Source: Lachnospiraceae bacterium
GTDB lineage: Bacteria > Bacillota > Clostridia > Lachnospirales > Lachnospiraceae
NCBI GenBank assembly: GCA_003979345.1
Contig: RYVZ01000019.1
Span: 499-64,498, forward strand
DNA length: 64,000 bases
Direction of reading: 5' to 3'
The notes under the pieces were generated by a model. The model saw only the letters and a program-made list of their open reading frames with translations, was not told the origin of the DNA and did no database searches. Positions 28,962-38,023 of this stretch are shown here, one piece after another (position 1 is the first letter of the stretch; the number at the start of each line of letters is the position of its first letter). A program made the position numbers and the translations under genes.

Positions 28962-29717
28962 ATGAAACTGATCTCATGGAATGTAAACGGACTGCGTGCC
29001 TGCATGCAGAAAGGATTTCTTGATTTTTTCTCTGAAATGGACGCGGATATCTTTTGTATTCAGGAGAGCAAACTCTCGGAGGGACAGCTTACGCTCGACC
29101 TTCCGGGTTATCATCAATATTGGAATTATGCTGAAAAGAAGGGTTATTCCGGAACAGCAATCTTTTCTAAAAAAGAACCGGTCTCTGTTACATACGGGAT
29201 CGGTATCCCCGAACATGACCATGAGGGGCGCGTCATCACACTGGAATTTCCCTCGTTTTATACGGTGACCTGTTATACGCCGAATTCACAGCGGGAGCTT
29301 ACCCGTCTTTCCTACCGTATGGAATGGGAAGATGCATTCCTGCATTACATTCAATCATTGGATATGGCCAAGCCGGTCATTATCTGCGGCGATCTCAACG
29401 TTGCCCATCAGGAGATCGACTTAAAAAATCCGAAAAGCAATCACCGCAATGCCGGTTTTACCGATGAGGAACGCGGCAAGATGACTGCTTTTCTTGAAAA
29501 CGGATTCACCGATACGTTCCGCCATTTTTATCCCGGCCTGACAGGCGCTTACTCCTGGTGGTCCTATATGTTTCATGCGCGCGAGAAAAATGCCGGATGG
29601 CGCATTGATTATTTTTTAACTTCTAAACGGCTTGATGAAAAACTGTCAGATGCCGCCATTCACGATTCCGTTTTTGGCTCCGACCACTGTCCCGTTGAGC
29701 TGCAAGTCGATTTGTAA
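28962..29717 (+). CDS. xth: exodeoxyribonuclease III (AP endonuclease)
   Basis: Motifs WNVNGLRA, QESK, GDLNVAH and SDHCPV. RBS GGAGG. Confidence 0.93.
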   Translation: MKLISWNVNGLRACMQKGFLDFFSEMDADIFCIQESKLSEGQLTLDLPGYHQYWNYAEKKGYSGTAIFSKKEPVSVTYGIGIPEHDHEGRVITLEFPSFYTVTCYTPNSQRELTRLSYRMEWEDAFLHYIQSLDMAKPVIICGDLNVAHQEIDLKNPKSNHRNAGFTDEERGKMTAFLENGFTDTFRHFYPGLTGAYSWWSYMFHAREKNAGWRIDYFLTSKRLDEKLSDAAIHDSVFGSDHCPVELQVDL

Positions 29718-29783
29718 AATCCGCTTTGATCCTTAGAATCGTCTTTGATTTGTAAAATCGACTTTGATCTGTAATGTAACTCA

Positions 29784-29816
29784 AAAAGAGTCTGCGCGGC
29801 ACACAGACTCTTTTAT
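29784..29816 (+). terminator. rho-independent terminator after xth
   Basis: GAGTCTG-N9-CAGACTC followed by TTTTATT. Confidence 0.65.
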
Positions 29817-29817
29817 T

Positions 29818-29850
29818 AAAGGAAACGCTGATTGAATCAGCGTTTCCTTT
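29818..29850 (-). terminator. perfect 16-bp-arm palindrome, terminator of the minus-strand operon (bidirectional potential)
   Basis: AAAGGAAACGCTGATT-g-AATCAGCGTTTCCTTT, located 15 nt beyond the stop of the lactonase gene. Confidence 0.75.
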
Positions 29851-29864
29851 AGAAATTTCCGACT

Positions 29865-30914
29865 TTATAATTTATGAAAAATGATACAGTTGGGCCGCTC
29901 CACTTCAAGCTCTTTTCCATTCATGACAAGCAGCCCTTTCTGCGTGTCAACACTGAAAAATGTCATGGTATTAGACTCATGATTCAGTGATACCAAATGC
30001 CTGTTATCCGGAAACAGCGCGGCGTCCTTCGGATAGTCCCCGCTGACCGGCAGACAGAGGCGTTTATCAAGCATCCCTGTTTTTTTATCCACCTGATATA
30101 CAACAACACTGTTGTCTCCAGCATTTGAGCTTACCACATAATGATAATCGATCGAAAATTTGATCGTGCAGGCGGCAGAATTGCTTGCATGATATTCATT
30201 CAGCGTAGAGATATTCTGGATTTTTTCAAATTCCGGATTCCCGTTTATTTCTTCATAACGGTACACGTCAATATAATTCTTCAACTCATGCACAATGTAG
30301 AGGAAGCGCCCATCTTTTGAAAAGCACAGATGTCTTGGCGCGGATTCCTGTTCACTGCGGATTACATCTACCGGATTCAATTTACCCTTCTGAAAGTCAA
30401 CACGGTACACATTCACGTGATCCATTCCCGGATCGGCCGCAAGCAGATAATGATTGTCACGCGTCATCTTCACGCAGTTGACATGCGGTCTGAAATTGCG
30501 CTCCGCAATGCTGCCAAGCCCTTTTAAGTAAATCTCATCCGTGATCTTTCCGATATTGCCGTCCTCATTTAAGGCGAGCATCGTAATCTTTCCGTCATGG
30601 TAGCCTGCCACAAACAGAAAGCGGTCTTCAAAATCCGTGGAAAGGTAACAGCCGCGCATGCCGTTGATCGAGGCGTGATTGATCAGTTCTAAAGTACCGT
30701 CCTCACGAATGAGAAAAGATTCAACGCCAAAATCCGTAATGGAATAGAAATACCGGCGGTTATGAGATATTGTCACATAAGACGAGTTCGTGATCTCTAC
30801 CTCGCCTTTTTCCGTCATTCTTCCTTTTTTGACGTCCACATCATATACCTTGATACCGCGATTGCCTCCCATGGTATAGGTCGATACATACGCAACATAC
30901 TTATCCGCGCTCAT
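29865..30914 (-). CDS. lactonase-type 7-bladed beta-propeller protein (YbhE/6-phosphogluconolactonase family)
   Basis: ~350 aa with repeated blade-like segments and the family-typical N-terminus YVSTYT. GGAGGAAG lies 5-8 nt before the ATG at 30914. The ORF opens at 30929. Confidence 0.75.
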   Translation of the reverse strand: MSADKYVAYVSTYTMGGNRGIKVYDVDVKKGRMTEKGEVEITNSSYVTISHNRRYFYSITDFGVESFLIREDGTLELINHASINGMRGCYLSTDFEDRFLFVAGYHDGKITMLALNEDGNIGKITDEIYLKGLGSIAERNFRPHVNCVKMTRDNHYLLAADPGMDHVNVYRVDFQKGKLNPVDVIRSEQESAPRHLCFSKDGRFLYIVHELKNYIDVYRYEEINGNPEFEKIQNISTLNEYHASNSAACTIKFSIDYHYVVSSNAGDNSVVVYQVDKKTGMLDKRLCLPVSGDYPKDAALFPDNRHLVSLNHESNTMTFFSVDTQKGLLVMNGKELEVERPNCIIFHKL

Positions 30915-30962
30915 CTTCGCTTCCTCCATTGATCTTATTCCCGCACGCGGCGGGTCGTTCCC

Positions 30963-31307
30963 TTATGCGTCCTGCGTATCTTCACAGCCGCACGGTCCCT
31001 TGTTTCCCCTAAAAGGGGGATAGTCCTGATCATCGCAGTGATCTCTTGTAAACGGTGAGAACGGGTTATCATCCCGTCTTGCATTCTGTCCCGGCGTGCC
31101 GCACGGACGTCTGTCCTCACAGCCGCATTCCGGTTCTCCACCCGAACGTCTCTCTCTGCAGCCGCATTCCGGCTCACCGCATGAACGCCTCTCTCTGCAG
31201 CCGCATTCCGGTTCCCCACACGAACGTCTCTCCTCACAGCCACATGATTCGTCGCCGTGATTACAGCAACATAACAGAAGTAAGAGCACAAAAATGGAAT
31301 TCATCAT
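30963..31307 (-). CDS. small cysteine-rich tandem-repeat protein with hydrophobic N-terminus
   Basis: 114 aa. It begins MMNSIFVLLLLLCCC, followed by SCGCEERR and repeats of SCGEPECGCRERR. RBS GGAG lies 5 nt upstream. This is the only one of three overlapping frames with an RBS and a signal-like start. Confidence 0.6.
   Translation of the reverse strand: MMNSIFVLLLLLCCCNHGDESCGCEERRSCGEPECGCRERRSCGEPECGCRERRSGGEPECGCEDRRPCGTPGQNARRDDNPFSPFTRDHCDDQDYPPFRGNKGPCGCEDTQDA
31120..31236. repeat. three tandem copies of a 39-nt coding repeat
   Basis: CAGCCGCATTCCGG recurs at 31120, 31159 and 31198, giving a 13-codon period inside the Cys-rich ORF. Confidence 0.85.
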
Positions 31308-31334
31308 ACGATCTCCATTGTGATTTTACTACTA

Positions 31335-31871
31335 CTATATGCTCTTCTTCATAATGCGTGTACGGATATATCGAAACGTCCTCTCCTCTCCGTCGCGCGC
31401 AAGCATGCGCAGCAGAAATTCAAGCTGTTTTCTTGTTTTTGGATGGATCAGCATATGATCGCTCGCCTGCTGATAATATTCGAGCGGCGAAGAATCCGTA
31501 TATGCTTCTCCCTTATAGACTTTTGACGCTGCCATCCGGTCCGCGAGCATCTCTAAGACAAACCGCGTCGGCATGGGCATTGGCTCCATCTTCTTTGTCT
31601 CTAAGCTGTAATCCGTCCAAAACTCATAGTGATGCCGGTTCCTGCCCTTATGATGCATCCATGCAAGCGAATACCCTTTCGCTTCTCTCTCCCCGGCATT
31701 CGGACTTCTTGTACCCTGATAATATCTTGCTCCGGTGAGCAGCTCTGTCGGCATGTATTTTGACAGATCATGCGTCAATCCCTGCTTATAGAGTCCGAGA
31801 CGAAAACAATACTTCATCACCAACAGCTTATGCTTCGTGATCGTCTTCAGATGTTTCTTCAGTTTACTCAT
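31335..31871 (-). CDS. conserved hypothetical His-rich protein (possibly DUF5662-like; family name from memory)
   Basis: 178 aa with motifs THDLSKY and WMHHKGRNRHHYEFW. Its ATG overlaps the stop of the upstream GlgX-like gene (ATGA at 31868-31871). Confidence 0.6.
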   Translation of the reverse strand: MSKLKKHLKTITKHKLLVMKYCFRLGLYKQGLTHDLSKYMPTELLTGARYYQGTRSPNAGEREAKGYSLAWMHHKGRNRHHYEFWTDYSLETKKMEPMPMPTRFVLEMLADRMAASKVYKGEAYTDSSPLEYYQQASDHMLIHPKTRKQLEFLLRMLARDGEERTFRYIRTRIMKKSI

Positions 31872-33859
31872 TCCCTGATCCCGCTTTCCCTATTTTGCGC
31901 CTTTTTCTGCGCACGCCCGTTTTTCCGGTCAGCCCTGTTTTCTTTTTCCTCCTGCCTTATACCGATCAGCACCTGAATACTCCGCTGCGCTGCGACCGTA
32001 TATCCTTCCGTTTTCCATTCCTTTACGGCAAAGCTGTCCTCCAGCGCCGTATCCATAACAAGACACCATGCATAACCCTTTTTCAGCTTGGGCAGTGCAA
32101 AGCGGTGCTCTGACCAGTGCATATTGTAGGCAACATAGATATCTTCATCTTTTTCTCCCTTTTGGTTTCCATATGTGCCCGCATACATCAGCCCGATATG
32201 CCATCCGTTGTTCCCCGGCCGGACCCGGTAAGCCTCATCGGAATGAAAGGAGATTTCGGGATATCCGCACGAAAGACGATCCACATTGCTGCAAGCGCCT
32301 TTTTTACGAAACACGGGATGAGCTGCACGAAACGCCAGGAGATTCTTTACAAAACTCCGCTGCCTGTCCACCGAAACACCACGTCCCCAGTCTTTCCAGC
32401 CAATTTCATTATCCTGACAATAAGGGTTGTTATTCCCCTTCTGCGTATTGCAGTCCTCGCTGCCCGCCATCAAAAACGGCGTTCCCTGTGAAAGCACGAC
32501 CATCGCCATTGCGTTTCGCATCTGTTTCATACGCAGCCTTACAACAGCGGACTTCCGGCTTGCTCCCTCCACACCACAGTTCCAGCTGTAATTATCATCC
32601 CTGCCGTCCCTGTTATTCTCGCCATTTGCATCATTGTGCTTGTAATTATACGATACAAGATCATTGAGTGTAAATCCATAATAGTTTGTAACATAGTGCA
32701 GTACGCCATTTTTATCGGGATTTGTGACAAAATGCCACATCATTGTCTGCAGCATTCCGCCGTCGCCTTTTAAGTATCTGCGTGCATCCACCATAAACGC
32801 ATCCGTTGCCTGAGCAAGATTGCGGTATTCCGGCAGCTCGCCGCCCGCATAAATCTGTTCATACGGAAAACCTGAATAAATCAGCTTTGTATTACTAAAA
32901 AGCGGCTCCGTCGCAAGAAGCGTTACAGGAATGCCGTCACCCATGAGATGGACTCCGTCTATATGGTATTCCAGCACCCAGTATTTCATGACTTCTAAAA
33001 TATATCCCTGTTTGCATGAATCCGGAAAATAAAACTGGCAGATCACTTCTATCCCGTTCCGATGCAGTTCACGGATCATCCATTTCAGTTCATCCACACA
33101 ATTCCCACCCGCCGCATAGGACGCTTTCGGTGAGAAATAAAACGCATCGCAATATCCCCAGAAGTTGATGCGTTCCTCCCATCCGTCAGGCTCGTCCATA
33201 TAATGCCGCACGGCATACTGCATCGTGTCTTCCCCTTCCTGCCAAAAACGTTCGGAGAACTCATAGAACGGCATAAACTCAATATTTTTAACACCGAGCT
33301 CTTTCATATATGGTATTTTCTCGATCACACCCGCAAAGGTTCCTTTTTTCCTGACACCCGCCCCGGGTGATCTTGTAAATCCTCGCACATGCATGCAGTA
33401 AAATACGCTGTCCTCATAGGGTGTCCGAAGCGGCGCATCATCCTGCCAGTCAAACGTTTCCTCCATGATCCCGGCACGAAGTCGGGGCTTTATGAAGGAT
33501 TCCTGCTTCGATCCCTGTGCGTCCTCCGCATCCAGCGTGTGTTTTTTCCGTACGCCGCCCCAATGCTCGTTTCCGAGAATGCGCTTTGCATACGGGTCTG
33601 TAATGATCTCATTCCCATCATAAAAATTATATTCATAAGAGATATCTGCCCGGCGTTCAACGGACAGACAGCAGATATTTCCGATCCGATCCTCACGCCG
33701 GAACGGAATCCTGCACTCATTTCCATTCTTACTGTCATAGAGGATCAAACCGCATTCATTCTGTGTATGAAGCACTGCGGCAAAGTTGATCCTGTCTTCC
33801 ATGATGGTTGCCCCGAGCGGGTATGGGACACCTTTTTTGTGCTCAATCTCTAGTCTCAT
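31868..33859 (-). CDS. GlgX/isoamylase-like GH13 family protein (CBM48 + alpha-amylase fold) with degenerate catalytic motifs
   Basis: The N-terminus GVPYPLGAT...INFAAV and the C-terminal blocks GFTLNDLVSYNYKHNDANGENNRDG and LSQGTPFLMAGSE...GNNNPYCQDN match GlgX. The catalytic regions I-IV do not match (see findings). Confidence 0.8.
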   Translation of the reverse strand: MRLEIEHKKGVPYPLGATIMEDRINFAAVLHTQNECGLILYDSKNGNECRIPFRREDRIGNICCLSVERRADISYEYNFYDGNEIITDPYAKRILGNEHWGGVRKKHTLDAEDAQGSKQESFIKPRLRAGIMEETFDWQDDAPLRTPYEDSVFYCMHVRGFTRSPGAGVRKKGTFAGVIEKIPYMKELGVKNIEFMPFYEFSERFWQEGEDTMQYAVRHYMDEPDGWEERINFWGYCDAFYFSPKASYAAGGNCVDELKWMIRELHRNGIEVICQFYFPDSCKQGYILEVMKYWVLEYHIDGVHLMGDGIPVTLLATEPLFSNTKLIYSGFPYEQIYAGGELPEYRNLAQATDAFMVDARRYLKGDGGMLQTMMWHFVTNPDKNGVLHYVTNYYGFTLNDLVSYNYKHNDANGENNRDGRDDNYSWNCGVEGASRKSAVVRLRMKQMRNAMAMVVLSQGTPFLMAGSEDCNTQKGNNNPYCQDNEIGWKDWGRGVSVDRQRSFVKNLLAFRAAHPVFRKKGACSNVDRLSCGYPEISFHSDEAYRVRPGNNGWHIGLMYAGTYGNQKGEKDEDIYVAYNMHWSEHRFALPKLKKGYAWCLVMDTALEDSFAVKEWKTEGYTVAAQRSIQVLIGIRQEEKENRADRKNGRAQKKAQNRESGIRE

Positions 33860-33968
33860 AATATCAATATCCCTTTATAACAGCTCAGTCTGATATTTTT
33901 ACAGATTCCGTTTTTTACCACTATTATATGTAGTATAACACAAAATTTTGGCTTTTCCTATCCAAACC

Positions 33969-33997
33969 TTGCTTTTTTCATTCTCTTTCTGTAAAAT
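33969..33997 (+). promoter_or_regulatory. candidate promoter for the DUF1292 gene (TTGCTT-17-TAAAAT)
   Basis: TTGCTT at 33969-33974 and TAAAAT at 33992-33997. Confidence 0.45.
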
Positions 33998-34083
33998 GAT
34001 GGCAGGCATTTCACAATTACCTGAAAAGATACCCGGTTGAAAAAGCCTAAATCTTTAGAGAGTTGGAAAAAGGAGGTTTCACC

Positions 34084-34437
34084 ATGCCTGATAACAAAAA
34101 TAACGATCCGTTGGCTGACATCCTCGCAGACGAAGCGCTTGTCACATTAGACGTCTATCACGATGACGGCTATACGACCTGTATCGTCGCCGCGATTCTG
34201 TCCATCCCCGGATCCGAACGTCAATATGTCGCGCTTCTCCCTGTCGATGCGCAGGGTGAATACAGCCCTGAACGCGCCTGGTTCTATCGTTATCTGATCG
34301 ATGAAACAGATCCGAATGCCGAGCCCGACATTGAAAACATCACTGATGATGAAGAATTAGAAGCCGTCATTGACCGCTACGACGAATATTTAGATGAGAT
34401 CGCCTTTGATGAACTGCTTTCAGAAGACGAGCCCTAA
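34084..34437 (+). CDS. DUF1292-family acidic small protein
   Basis: RBS AAAGGAGG precedes the ATG at 34084. The sequence YVALLPVD...FYRY...ENITDDEELEAV...YDEYL resembles DUF1292. Confidence 0.7.
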   Translation: MPDNKNNDPLADILADEALVTLDVYHDDGYTTCIVAAILSIPGSERQYVALLPVDAQGEYSPERAWFYRYLIDETDPNAEPDIENITDDEELEAVIDRYDEYLDEIAFDELLSEDEP

Positions 34438-36338
34438 AAAAGCTCCCTCAAAAAACGGGACATTTGATATTTCTCGTCACCCTGCCTGTGGATACATGTC
34501 ATGAGCAGGGTTTTTTTTGCTCTCGTCATTGCCACATATAACAGACGGCGTTCCTCCTCGGTCTCTTCCGGCAAAAAGGCTCTTTTATGCGGGATCACAC
34601 CCTCATTCAGGTATGGAAGCATCACATGGTCAAATTCCAGCCCTTTACAGGCATGCATCGTGAGGATCCGGATATGAGGCTTTTTTGCTTCGTCCTTCTC
34701 ATGGGATGACGTCCCTTGTATGTCCGTCCCGGAAGCTGCTGTTACCTGCCCTTCCAAAGCGGCTGACAGCCATTCTTCCAGACTACTTCTTTCTCCCGCT
34801 TCTCTCTCCAGCGCTGTAAGAACAGCTTGCTCTTTTTCCGCCTGATCCATGCCTGTCGTCTTGCTAAACAATTCCTTCCTATAACCGATCCCGCTGCAGA
34901 TATATGTCACTGCCGCAAACGGCGGAAGACCTGCAAGTACAGTTAATTGCTCCCGGAATATGCCAAGCACCTTTGCCGTCGGAGCATGATCCGCATAAAA
35001 CCGGCAAAGTATTTCTATATTTCCGCCGCTTTGGATCACCGCCTGTCTGCTCACGCCGCGGTATGGCTTATTGATGATCCTGAGCATGGCCGCAATCTTA
35101 TCCTGCGCCGATACGCCTCCAAGTGCAAGTTTCAGATATGCCAGTATATCTTTTGATACGGGCTGGTCATATAAGTTCCCCTCATTCTTCATGTTTATTC
35201 CTGCGGCAGGAAGCCCCTGTTGTACGATCATCCGCTGCATCTGTGCCGCCAGAGCGTTTGTCCGGAGGATCACGGCCGCGGTCTCATTTTCCGGTATCTG
35301 CTGCAGCTTCTTTACAAGCATACGCATCTGGTCTTTCTGCTCTGAACAGACAAGGAGCTTCACGGAGCCGCTCTCTGCTTTTATAGCCATGATCTCCTTG
35401 TCATAGCGCAAACGATTCTGCGCGATCAGATGTTTTGCCGCCGCAACGATCTTTTGTCCGCTGCGGTAGTTGACATTCAGTCGGCAGATCCGGATCTCCG
35501 GGTAGTATTTTGGCAGCTCCAGCATGAGTTTCGTATCCGAGCCGCGGAAACCGTAAATTGCCTGATCGTCATCCCCTACTACAAAAAAATGATTCTGCGG
35601 CGCTGCGAGCATACGCAGAATTTCAAACTGTATCGGACTAATGTCCTGAAACTCATCCACAAGGATGTAACGGTATTTCCTTCGCCAATAAGCAAGGAAC
35701 TGTGCATTCCGTTCGTCCTGCAGAATACGCCTGCAGCAGTCGGCAATGTCTTCAAAATCCAATACGCCGAGTTCTCTGCATGCCTCAGTATATTCGTGCC
35801 AGACCGCCTCTTCAATTGCTTCCGACCCTGTCCGCTCCGGCTCACATTCCTGCGTCCGGCCTGCCTCCCTACGGTTCTTTCTTCTGCTGATATAAGCGCA
35901 AAGCTGTTCCATATCTTGAAACTTTGCGCGGCGCTCATCTGATTGATTCACTATGGCTGCCAATATGTGTCTTTTCTCTTTTTCGGATAAAATACGAAGG
36001 GTGCGGTCCGTCTGAGCTCCGTTCAGCATTGCTCCCATCTGTATCGATTCCTTTATCATCCGATAAAATATGGCATGAAATGTGCCAAATGTAACCCCGG
36101 TATCTGCTTCCCCGCAGCATTGCAGATACCGTTCCCGCATCTGAGACGCCGCAGCCCGCGTAAATGTCACAACAAGGATATTTTGAGGCAGAACGCCGTG
36201 ATTTCTGATCAGCGCACCGATGCGCAGCGTCAGCACCCTGGTCTTGCCGGACCCCGGAGGCGCAATGACAACACAGGGGCCGTCCGTATGCATGACCGCA
36301 TCCGACTGCCCCCTGTTTAACTGTTCGTTATGATTCAT
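34434..36338 (-). CDS. UvrD/PcrA/Rep-family ATP-dependent DNA helicase (short form)
   Basis: Walker A APPGSGKT, motif II LVDEFQD, later motifs VGDDDQAIYGFRGS and LTMHACKGLEFD, and the end motif LLYVAMTRAK. Confidence 0.88.
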   Translation of the reverse strand: MNHNEQLNRGQSDAVMHTDGPCVVIAPPGSGKTRVLTLRIGALIRNHGVLPQNILVVTFTRAAASQMRERYLQCCGEADTGVTFGTFHAIFYRMIKESIQMGAMLNGAQTDRTLRILSEKEKRHILAAIVNQSDERRAKFQDMEQLCAYISRRKNRREAGRTQECEPERTGSEAIEEAVWHEYTEACRELGVLDFEDIADCCRRILQDERNAQFLAYWRRKYRYILVDEFQDISPIQFEILRMLAAPQNHFFVVGDDDQAIYGFRGSDTKLMLELPKYYPEIRICRLNVNYRSGQKIVAAAKHLIAQNRLRYDKEIMAIKAESGSVKLLVCSEQKDQMRMLVKKLQQIPENETAAVILRTNALAAQMQRMIVQQGLPAAGINMKNEGNLYDQPVSKDILAYLKLALGGVSAQDKIAAMLRIINKPYRGVSRQAVIQSGGNIEILCRFYADHAPTAKVLGIFREQLTVLAGLPPFAAVTYICSGIGYRKELFSKTTGMDQAEKEQAVLTALEREAGERSSLEEWLSAALEGQVTAASGTDIQGTSSHEKDEAKKPHIRILTMHACKGLEFDHVMLPYLNEGVIPHKRAFLPEETEEERRLLYVAMTRAKKTLLMTCIHRQGDEKYQMSRFLRELF

Positions 36339-36469
36339 AACTATTCCATTTTACGCTCTCCCGGGTATCAGGTGTCTGCCGTTCCCCCAACGGACAAACC
36401 CCTGTTCGTATACTTCCCTATGTTGCAAGACGAAAAAGAGTCTGGAAGGAACCTTCAGGCTTTTCCCTC

Positions 36470-37951
36470 TCAGCCTTGCAGTAATTCGATTCCCTTACGG
36501 ATACGCGACAAGCTCTCCTCTTTTCCGAGCAGCTCCATGATCTCGGTCGCGCCAGCCGGCGTCATCTGTTTGCCGGATACAGCAGTGCGGACCGGCCACA
36601 GCACATAGCCGTTTTTGTATTCTTTTGCCTGTGCATAATCAGTCAGCAGCGCATACAATGCATCATTATTGTAATCGTCCTGTTTTTCCAGTATCGGCAG
36701 CAGATCCGTTAAGACTGCCAAAGATGATTCTCTGCTTGTCTTCATTTTTTTATGCGCATACATCTCCGTGTCGTAATCCGGAAGCTCATTCAGAAAATCA
36801 ACCATTTCTGCAATATCCGGAAGCACTTCAATTCTTGTCCTCACCATCGCGGCAATCTTTTTCAGATCCAGCTTTCTTGTAAGTGCTCTTTCAAGATAAG
36901 GCAGAGCCAGCCCGTAGAACCGCTCCTCGTCCATTGCCTTGAAGTATTCGCCGTTCATCCATTTTAGCTTGTTGATATCAAAGACTGCGGGCGACTTACT
37001 GATGCGCCGATAATTAAATTTTTCGATCAGCTCTTCCAACGAAAAGATTTCCCGGTTTTCTTCCGGACTCCAGCCAAGCAGCGCAATATAGTTCACAACA
37101 GCCTCCGGTAAAAATCCCTGTTCGAGCAGATCCTCAAATGAGGCATGTCCGCTGCGCTTTGCCAGTTTTTTGTGATTCTCATCCGTAATCAGCGGCAGAT
37201 GGATATAAACGGGCACTTCCCAGCCAAACGCTTCGTAAAGCCTGTTATATTTCGGGGATGAGGAAAGATACTCGTTTCCCCGCACAACATGAGTGATCCC
37301 CATCGTATGATCGTCAACGACATTCGCAAAATTATAGGTCGGAAATCCATCCGATTTAATCAGTACCATATCGTCAAGTTCGGCATTGTTGACGGAAATA
37401 TCCCCATATAGCTCATCGTGGAACGTTGTTACCCCGTCCTTCGGATTATTCTGGCGGATGACATAAGGCATTCCTGCCGCCAGTTTTGCCTCGATTTCCT
37501 CTTTCGGCAGATGAAGACAGTGCTTATCATAGATCATGACCTCTTTGCTCTCGCCGGTTTCCGGATCAGTGATCGTCTCACGCAAGGACTCTAAACGCTC
37601 TTTATCGCAAAAACAATAATACGCCTCGCCCTTGTCAATCAGCTCTTTGGCATATTTCAGATAGATACCGCTTTTATTGCGTTCACTCTGCACATACGGC
37701 CCATATCCACCGTCCTTATCAGGTCCCTCATCATGCGTGATCCCCGCAGTCTTGAGCGTTCGGAAAATGATATCTACCGCACCCTCCACATAACGCTCCT
37801 GATCGGTATCCTCGATCCGCAGCATAAACACGCCGCCCTCATGCTTCGCGATCAAAAATTCGTATAATGCGCTCCTCAAGTTGCCCACATGCATTTTCCC
37901 TGTCGGGCTCGGTGCATACCTGGTTCTTATTTTCTGCATAGCAATACTCAT
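36470..37951 (-). CDS. gltX: glutamate--tRNA ligase
   Basis: [13 protein letters not shown] (HIGH) and KLAKR (KMSKS-like). RBS AAGGAAGG precedes the ATG at 37951. Confidence 0.95.
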   Translation of the reverse strand: MSIAMQKIRTRYAPSPTGKMHVGNLRSALYEFLIAKHEGGVFMLRIEDTDQERYVEGAVDIIFRTLKTAGITHDEGPDKDGGYGPYVQSERNKSGIYLKYAKELIDKGEAYYCFCDKERLESLRETITDPETGESKEVMIYDKHCLHLPKEEIEAKLAAGMPYVIRQNNPKDGVTTFHDELYGDISVNNAELDDMVLIKSDGFPTYNFANVVDDHTMGITHVVRGNEYLSSSPKYNRLYEAFGWEVPVYIHLPLITDENHKKLAKRSGHASFEDLLEQGFLPEAVVNYIALLGWSPEENREIFSLEELIEKFNYRRISKSPAVFDINKLKWMNGEYFKAMDEERFYGLALPYLERALTRKLDLKKIAAMVRTRIEVLPDIAEMVDFLNELPDYDTEMYAHKKMKTSRESSLAVLTDLLPILEKQDDYNNDALYALLTDYAQAKEYKNGYVLWPVRTAVSGKQMTPAGATEIMELLGKEESLSRIRKGIELLQG

Positions 37952-38023
37952 GCCTTCCTTTCGCTCATTGTATCGATTAAAATAATTGTATCTGTCAAGC
38001 AACTGTATCGGCTCCGCACATGC

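Noticed and set aside
30935-31354. Alternative ORFs over the 39-nt repeats (30935..31291 minus, 31055..31354 plus)
   Set aside because: These are artefacts of the GC-rich repeat staying open in several frames. They lack an RBS and have Arg/Ala- or Pro/His-rich nonsense-like composition. The Cys-rich frame has an RBS and a hydrophobic start.
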